Positions 56,131 to 64,000 of a DNA stretch of 64,000 nucleotides are shown here, piece after piece. The stretch's first letter is position 1; each line of letters opens with the position of its first letter. Position numbers and translations under genes: made by a program. The DNA is from the human T2T-CHM13v2.0 reference genome, Homo sapiens, in assembly GCF_009914755.1 (NCBI RefSeq), contig NC_060933.1, one strand, 5' to 3'. The notes under the pieces were generated by a model. It was not told the origin of the DNA. It saw only the letters and a program-made list of their open reading frames with translations, and searched no databases.

Positions 56131-59100
56131 AATGGAATGGAATAAACCCGAGTGCAATGGAATGGAGTGGAATGGAATGGAATGGAATGGAACAACCCGA
56201 ATCGAATGGAATGTAATGCAGAGTAAGGGAGTTGAACAGAATGAATCCGAATGTAATGGAATGGAATGGAACGGAATGGAATTGAATGGAATGGAATGGA
56301 ATGCAATGGAATGGAATCAACCCGAGGTCAATGGAATGGAGAGGAATGGAATGGAATGGAATGGAAACTACACGAATGGAATGGAATGTAATGGAGTGTA
56401 AGGGAATTGAATAGAATCAATCCGAATGTAATGGAATGGAATGGAACGGAATGGAATGGAATGGAATGGAATGGAATGGAATGGAATGGAATGCAATGGA
56501 ATGGAATCAACACGAGTGCAATCGAATGGAATCGAATGGAATGGAATGCAATGGAATGGATTCAACTTGAATGGAATGGAAAGAATGGAATCAACACGAG
56601 TGGAATGGCATGGATTGGAATGGAATGGAATGGAATCAACCCGAGTACAGGGGAATGGAATGGAATGGAATGCAATGGAATGGAATCATCCGTAATGGAA
56701 TGGAAAGGAATGGAATGTAATGGAATGGAATGGAATGGAATGGAATGGAATGGAATCAACTCGATTGCAATCGAATGGAATGGAATGGAATTAACCCGAA
56801 TAGAATGGAATGGAATGGAATGGAACGGAACGGAATGGAATGGAATGGAATGGAATGGAACGGAAAGGAAGGGAATGGAATGGAATAGAATGGAATGGAA
56901 TGGAATCAACGCGAGTAAAGGGGAATGGAATGGAATGGAATGCAATGGAATGGAATCTTCCGGAATGGAATGGAATGGAATGGAATGGAATGGAATGGAT
57001 TGGAATGGAATCAACCCGAGTGCAATGGAATGGAGTGGAATGGAATGGAATGGAATGGAACAACCCGAATGGAATGGAATGTAATGGAGAGTAAGGGAGT
57101 TGAATAGAATCAATCCGAATGTAATGGAATGGAATGGAACGGAATGGAATTGAATGGAATGGAATGGAATGCAATGGAATGGAATCAACCCGAGTGCAAT
57201 GGAATGGAGAGGAATGGAATGGAATGGAATGGAAACTACCCGAATGGAATGGAATGTAATGGAGTGTAAGGGAATTGAATAGAATCAATCCGAATGTAAT
57301 GGAATGGAATGGAACGGAACGGAATGGAATGGAATGGAATGGAATGGAATGGAATGGAATGCAATGGAATGGAATCAACCCGAGTGCAATCGAATGGAAT
57401 CGAATGGAATGGAATGCAATGGAATGGATTCAACTTGAATGGAATGGAAAGAATGGAATCAACACGAGTGGAATGGCATGGATTGGAATGGAATGGAATG
57501 AAATCAACCCGAGTACAGGGGAATGGAATGGAATGGAATGCAATGGAATGGAATCATCCGTAATGGAATGGAAAGGAATGGAATGGAATGGAATGGAATG
57601 GAATGGAATGGAATGGAATGGAATCAATTCGATTGCAATCGAATGGAATGGAATGGAATTAAGCCGAATAGAATGGAATGGAATGGAATGGAACGGAACG
57701 GAATGGAATTTAATGGAATGGAATGGAATGGAACGGTCCGGAATGGAATGGAATGGAATGGAATGGAATGGAATCAACGCGAATGCAGGGGAATGGAATG
57801 GAATGGAATGCAATGGAATGGAATCTTCCGGAATGGAATGGAATGGAATGGAATGGAATGGAATGCAATGGATTCAACTCGATTGCAATGGAATGGAATA
57901 GAATGGAATGGAATGGAATGGAATGGAATTAAACCGAATAGAATGGAATGGAATGGAATGGAACGGAACAGAACGGAACGGAACGGAACGGAGTGGAATG
58001 GAATGGAATGGAATTGTATGGAATGGAATGGAATGGTACGGAATAGAATGGAATGGAAAGAATTGGAATGGAATGGTATCGAATGGAATGGAATGGAATG
58101 GAATGGAATCAACCCGAGTGCAGGGGAATGTAATGGAACAGAATGCAATGGAATGGAATCATCCGGAATGGAATGGAATGGAATGGAATGGAATGGAATG
58201 GAATGGAATGGAATCAACCCGAGCGCAATGGAATGGAGTGGAATGGAATGGAATGGAATGGAACAACCCGAATGGAATGGAATGTAATGGAGAGTAAGGG
58301 AGTTGAATAGAATCAATCCGAATGTAATGGAATGGAACGGAATGGAATGGAATGGAATGGAATGGAATGGAATGGAATGGAATGGAATGGAATGGAATGG
58401 AATGGAATGGAATGGAATGCAATGGAGTGGAATCAACCCGAGTACAATGGAACGGAATTGAATGGAATGTAATGAAATGGAATGGAATGGAATGGAATGG
58501 AATGGAATCAACCCGAGTGCAATGGAATGGAGAGGAATGGAATGGAATTGAATGGAAACTACCCGAATGGAATGGAATGGAATGGAGTGTAAGGGAATTG
58601 AATAGAATCAATCCGAATGGAATGGAATGGAATGGAACGGAATGTAATGTAATGGAATGGAATGGAATCAACCCGAGTGCAGGGGAATGGAATGGAATGG
58701 AATGCAATGGAATGGAATCATCCGGAATGGAATGGAATGGAATGCAATGGAATGGAATGGAATAGAATCAACCCGAGTGCAATGGAATAGAGTGAAATGG
58801 AATGGAATGGAATGGAGAAAACCAGAATGGATTGGAATATAATGGAGTGTAAGGGAATTGAATAGAATCAATCTGAATGTAATGAAATGGAATGGAACGG
58901 AATGGAATGGAATGTAATGGAATGGAATGGAATGCAATGGAATGGAATCAACCCGAGTGCAATCGAATGGAATCGAATGGAATGGAATGCAATGGAATGG
59001 ATTCAACTTGAATGGAATGGAAAGAATGGAATCAACACGAGTGGAATGGCATGGATTGGAATGGAATGGAATGGAATCAACCCGAGTATAGGGGAATGGA

Positions 59101-60949
59101 ATGGAATGGAATGCAATGGAATGGAATCATCCGTTTTGGAATGGAAAGGAATGGAATGGATTGGAATGGAATGGAATGGAATGGAATCAACTCGATTGCA
59201 ATCGAATGGAATGGAATGGAATTAACCCGAATAGAATGGAATGGAATGGAATGGAACGGAACGGAATGGAATGGAATGGAATGGAATGGAATGGAACGGA
59301 AAGGAAGGGAATGGAATGGAATAGAATGGAATGGAATGGAATCAACGCGAGTGCAGGGGAATGGAATGGAATGGAATGCAATGGAATGGAATCTTCCGGA
59401 ATGGAATGGAATGGAATGGAATGGAATGGAATGGAATGGAATCAACCCGAGTGCAACGGAATGGAGTGGAATGGAATGGAATGGAATGGAACAACCCGAA
59501 TGGAATGGAATGTAATGGAGAGTAAGGGAGTTGAATAGAATCAATCCGAATGTAATGGAATGGAATGGAAAGGAATGGAATGGAATGGAATGGAATGCAA
59601 TGGAATGCAATGGAATGGAATAAACCCGAGTGCAGTGGAATGGAGAGGAATGGAATGGAATGGAATGGAAACTACCCGAATGGAATGGAATGTAATGGAG
59701 TGTAAGGGAATTGAATAGAATCAATCCGAATGTAATGGAATGGAATGGAACGGAATGGAATGGAATGGAATGGAATGGAATGGAATGCAATTGAATGGAA
59801 TCAACCCGAGTGCAATCGAATGGAATCGAATGGAATGGAAAGCAATGGAATGGATTCAACTTGAATGGAATGGAAAGAATGGAATCAACACGAGTGGAAT
59901 GGCATGGATTGGAATGGAATGGAATGGAATTAACCCGAGTACAGGGGAATGGAATGGAATGGAATGCAATGGAATGGTATGGAATGGAATGGAATGGTAC
60001 GGAATAGAATGCAATGGAACGAATTGTAATGGAATGGAATGGAATGGAATGGAATGGAATGGAATGGAATGGAATCAACGCGAGTGCAGGGGAATGTAAT
60101 GGAACGGAATGCAATGGAATGGAATCATCCGTAATGGAATGGAATGGAATGGAATGGAATGGAATGGAATGGAATCAACCCGAGTGCAATGGAATGGAGT
60201 GGAATGGAATGGAATGGAATGGAACAACCCGAATGGAATGGAATGTAATGGAGAGTAAGGGAGTTGAATAGAATGAATCCGAATGTAATGGAATGGAATG
60301 CAACGGAATGCAATGGAATGGAATGGAATGCAATGGAATGGAATCAACCCGAGTACAATGGAATGGAATGAAATGGAATGGAATGGAATGGAATGATACG
60401 GAATAGAATGGAATGGAACGAAATGAAATGGAATGGAATGGAATGGAATGGAATGGAATGGAATGGAATGGAATGGAATGGAATCGTTCCGAGTGGAATA
60501 AGAGGGAATGTATTCGAGTGGAATGGAAAGGAATGGTATCAACCAGTGTGGAATGGAAGGGAATGGAATGGAATGGAAAGGACTGGAATGGAATCAACCA
60601 GAGTGGAATGGAATGGAAAGGACTGGAATGGAATGGAATGGAATGGATTCAACTCGATTGTAATGGAATGGAATGGAATGCAATGGAATGGAATGGAATG
60701 GAATTAACCCGAATACAATGGAATGGAATGGAATGGAACGGAATGGAGTGGAATGGAATGGAATCAACCCGAGTGCAGGGGAATGGAATGGAATGGAATG
60801 CAATGGAATGGAATCATCCGGAATGGAGTGGAATGGAATGGAATGGAATGGAATGGAATCAACTCGATTGGAATGGAATTGAATGGAATGGAATTAACCC
60901 GAATGGAATGGAATGGAATGGAATGGAACGGAATGGAATGGAATGGAAT

Positions 60950-63860
60950 GGAATGGAATGGAATGGAATCAACCCGACTGCAGGGGAATGGAATTGAATG
61001 GAATGCAATGGAATGGATTCAACTTGAATGGAATGGAAAGAATGGAATCAACACGAGTGGAATGTCATGGATTGGAATGGAATGGAATGGAATCAACCCG
61101 AGTACAGGGGAATGGAATGGAATGGAATGCAATGGAATGGAATCATCCGTAATGGAATGGAAAGGAATGGAATGGAATGGAATGGAATGGAATGGAATAG
61201 AATGGAATGGAATCAACTCGAATGCAATCGAATGGAATGGAATGGAATTAACCCGAATAGAATGGAATGGAATGGAATAGAACGGAACGGAACGGAATGG
61301 AATGGATTGGAATGGAATGGAATGGAATGGAATGGAACGGATAGGAATGGAATGGAATGGAATGGAATGGAATGGAATGGAATGGAATCAACGCGAGTGC
61401 AGGGGAATGGAATGGAATGGAATGCAATGGAATGGAATCTTCCAGAATGGAATGGAATGGAATGGAATGGAATGGAATGGAATGGAATGAACCCGAGTGC
61501 AATGGAATGGAGTGGAATGGAATGGAATGGAATGGAACAACCCGAATGGAATGGAATGTAATGGAGAGTAAGGGAGTTGAATAGAATCAATCCGAATGTA
61601 ATGGAATGGAATGGAACGGAATGGAATTGAATGGAATGGAATGGAATGCAATGGAATGGAATCAACCCGAGTGCAATGGAATGGAGAGGAATGGAATGGA
61701 ATGGAATGGAAACTACCCGAATGGAATGGAATGTAATGGAGTGTAAGGGAATTGAATAGAATCAATCCGAATGTAATGGAATGGAATGGAACGGAATGGA
61801 AAGGAATGGAATGGAATGGAATGGAATGGAATGGAATGGAATGCAATGGAATGGAATCAACCCGAGTGCAATCGAATGGAATCGAATGGAATGGAATGCA
61901 ATGGAATGGATTCAACTTGAATGGAATGGAAAGAATGGAATCAACACGAGTGGAATGGCATGGATTGGAATGGAATGGAATGGAATCAACCCGAGTACAG
62001 GGGAATGGAAAGGAATGGAATGCAATGGAATGGAATAATCCGTAATGGAATGGAAAGGAATGGAATGGAATGGAATGGAATGGAATGGAATCAACTCGAT
62101 TGCAATCGAATGGAATGGAATGGAATTAACGCGAATAGAATGGAATGGAATGGAATGGAACGGAACGGAATGGAATGGAATGGAATGGAATGGAATGGAA
62201 TGGAATGGAACGGAACGGAATGGAATGGAATGGAATGGAATGGAATGGAATCAACGCGAGTGCAGAGGAATGGAATGGAATGGAATGCAATGGGATGGAA
62301 ACTTCCGGAATGGAAAGAAATGGAATGGAATGGAATGAAATGCAACGGATTCAACTCGATTGCAATGGAATGGAATAGAATGGAATGGAATGGAATGGAA
62401 TGGAATGGAATGGAATGGAATTAATCCGAATAGAATGGAATGGAATGGAATGGAACGGAATGGAACGGAATGGAACGGAATGGAATGGAATGGAATGGTA
62501 TGGAATGGAATGGAATGGTACGGAATAGAATGGAATGGAACGAATTGTAATGGAATGGAATTGAAAGGAATGGAATGGAATGGAATGGAATCAACACGAG
62601 TGCAGGGGAATGTAATGGAACGGAATGCAATGGAATGGAATCATCCGGAATGGAATGGAATGGAATGGAATGGAATGGAATGGAATGGAATGGAATCAAC
62701 CCGAGTGCAATGGAATGGAGTGGAATGGAATGGAATGGAATGGAACAACCCGAATGGAATGGAATGTAATGGAGAGTAAGGGAGTTGAATAGAATCAATC
62801 CGAATGCAATGGAATGGAATGCAACGGAATGGAATGGAATGGAATGGAATGGAATGCAATGGAATGGAATCAACCCGAGTACAATGGAATGGAATGGAAT
62901 AGAATGGAATGCAATGGAATGATACGGAATAGAATGGAATGGAACGAAATGGAATGGAATGGAATGGAATGGAATGGAATGGAATGGAATGGAATGGAAT
63001 CGTTCCGAGTGGAACAGGAGGGAATGTATTCGAATGGAATGGAAAGGAATGGAATCAACCAGAGTGGAATGGAAGGGAATGGAATCGAATGGAATGGAAT
63101 GGAATGGAATGGAATGGAATGCAATGGAATGGAATCAACTCGATTGCAATCGAATGGAATGGAATGGAATTAACCCGAATAGAATGGAATGGAATGGAAT
63201 GGAATGGAATGGAAAGGAATGGAATGGAATGGAATGGAATGGAATGGAATGGAACGGAAAGGAAGGGAATGGAATGGAATAGAATGGAATGGAATGGAAT
63301 CAACGCGAGTGCAGGGGAATGGAATGGAATGGAATGCAATGAAATGGAATCTTCCGGAATGGAATGGAATGGAATGGAATGCAATGGAATCAATCCGAGT
63401 ACAATGGAATGGAGTGGAATGGAATGGAATGGAATGGAACAACCCGAATAGAATGGAATGTAATGGAGAGTAAGGGAGTTGAATAGAATCAATCCGAATG
63501 TAATGGAATGGAATGGAACGGAATGGAATTGAATGGAATGGAATGGAATGCAATGGAATGGAATCAACCCGAGTGCAATGGAATGGAGAGGAATGGAATG
63601 GAATGGAATGGAAACTACCCGAATGGAATGGAATGTAATGGAGTGTAAGGCAATTGAATAGAATCAATCCGAATGTAATGGAATGGAATGTAATGGAATG
63701 TAATGGAATGGAATGGAATGTAATGGAATGGAATGGAATGCAAAGGAATGGAATCAACCCGAGTGGAATGGAATGGAAAGGACTGGAATGGAATGGAATG
63801 GAATGGAATCAACTCGATTGTAATGGAATGGAATGGAATGGAATGGAATGGAATGGAATG
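60950..63860 (+). repeat. Duplicated block, copy 2 of 53400-56130
   Basis: Same private variants. It retains a ~135-150 bp segment (about 61850-61955) that copy 1 lacks at about 54275. Confidence 0.87.
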
Positions 63861-64000
63861 GAATTAACTCGAATACAATGCAATGGAACGGAATGGAACG
63901 GAATGGAGTGGAATGGAATGGAATCAACCCGAGTGCAGGGGAATGGAATGGAATGGAATGCCATGGAATGGAACCATCCGGAATGGAATGGAATGGAATG

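Larger units (their letters stand above)
1..64000 (+). repeat. Human Satellite III (HSat3) tandem array, (GGAAT)n/(ATTCC)n with interspersed CAACCCGAGT-family decamers; pericentromeric heterochromatin
   Basis: Every line of the window is GGAAT pentamers or single/double variants (GCAAT, GGAAC, GTAAT, AGAAT, GGAGT). CAACCCGAGT, the reverse complement of the classical Sat3 interspersed motif ACTCGGGTTG, recurs throughout. The purine-rich strand is + for the entire window, and the array runs off both ends. Confidence 0.98.

Noticed and set aside
163-63812. Hundreds of ORFs (MEWNG/IPFHS repeats) as protein-coding genes
   Set aside because: They overlap in all six frames and follow automatically from a pentamer with no stop codon. 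There are no domains, no frame preference and no gene structure.
1-64000. CRISPR-like repeat/spacer organisation
   Set aside because: The interspersed words are 5-35 bp, reused many times and derived from the pentamer. There are no unique spacers, no constant spacing, no leader and no cas genes.
1-64000. HSat2, alpha satellite or CENP-B boxes
   Set aside because: HSat2-type GAATCGAATG/GAATCATC words are sparse rather than dominant. There are no 171 bp AT-rich monomers and no CENP-B box match.
1-64000. Inversion, or Alu/L1/other insertion
   Set aside because: No ATTCC-strand tract, poly-A tail, target-site duplication or non-satellite stretch appears anywhere.
1-64000. Pathogenic SCA31 (TGGAA)n insertion
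   Set aside because: There is no unique BEAN1/TK2 intronic flank and no TAAAA/TAGAA tracts. The size and CAACCCGAGT words indicate native HSat3.

Overview
The whole 64 kb window is one uninterrupted, single-orientation array of classical human (or great-ape) Satellite III, HSat3. The + strand is (GGAAT)n punctuated by the diagnostic CAACCCGAGT decamer and a small family of related variant words. I found no unique sequence, genes, RNA genes, transposon insertions, inversions or CRISPR array. All ORF-track entries are artefacts of a stop-free pentamer (poly-MEWNG on +, poly-IPFHS on -). The real information lies in how the variant words are arranged. (i) Two ancestral cassettes of about 0.85 kb and about 1.75 kb are shuffled into a mosaic with no fixed higher-order repeat. 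(ii) Nested recent duplications occur at offsets of 70 bp, 120 bp, 275 bp, about 1 kb, 2.15 kb, 2.8 kb, 3.5 kb, 7.6 kb, 15.5-19 kb, 28 kb and 40 kb. (iii) About 44 perfect three-unit heat-shock elements (GAAnnTTCnnGAA, mostly GAAtcTTCcgGAA) sit at a fixed cassette position. (iv) Conserved -1 register slips and a CpG-decay signature are visible. The sequence resembles the chr9q12-type (HSat3B5-like) stress-body satellite, but that assignment is inference. I do not see evidence for a new gene-based system. Coordinates and counts were read by eye, and duplication boundaries are approximate (tens of bp) because they fall within GGAAT runs.
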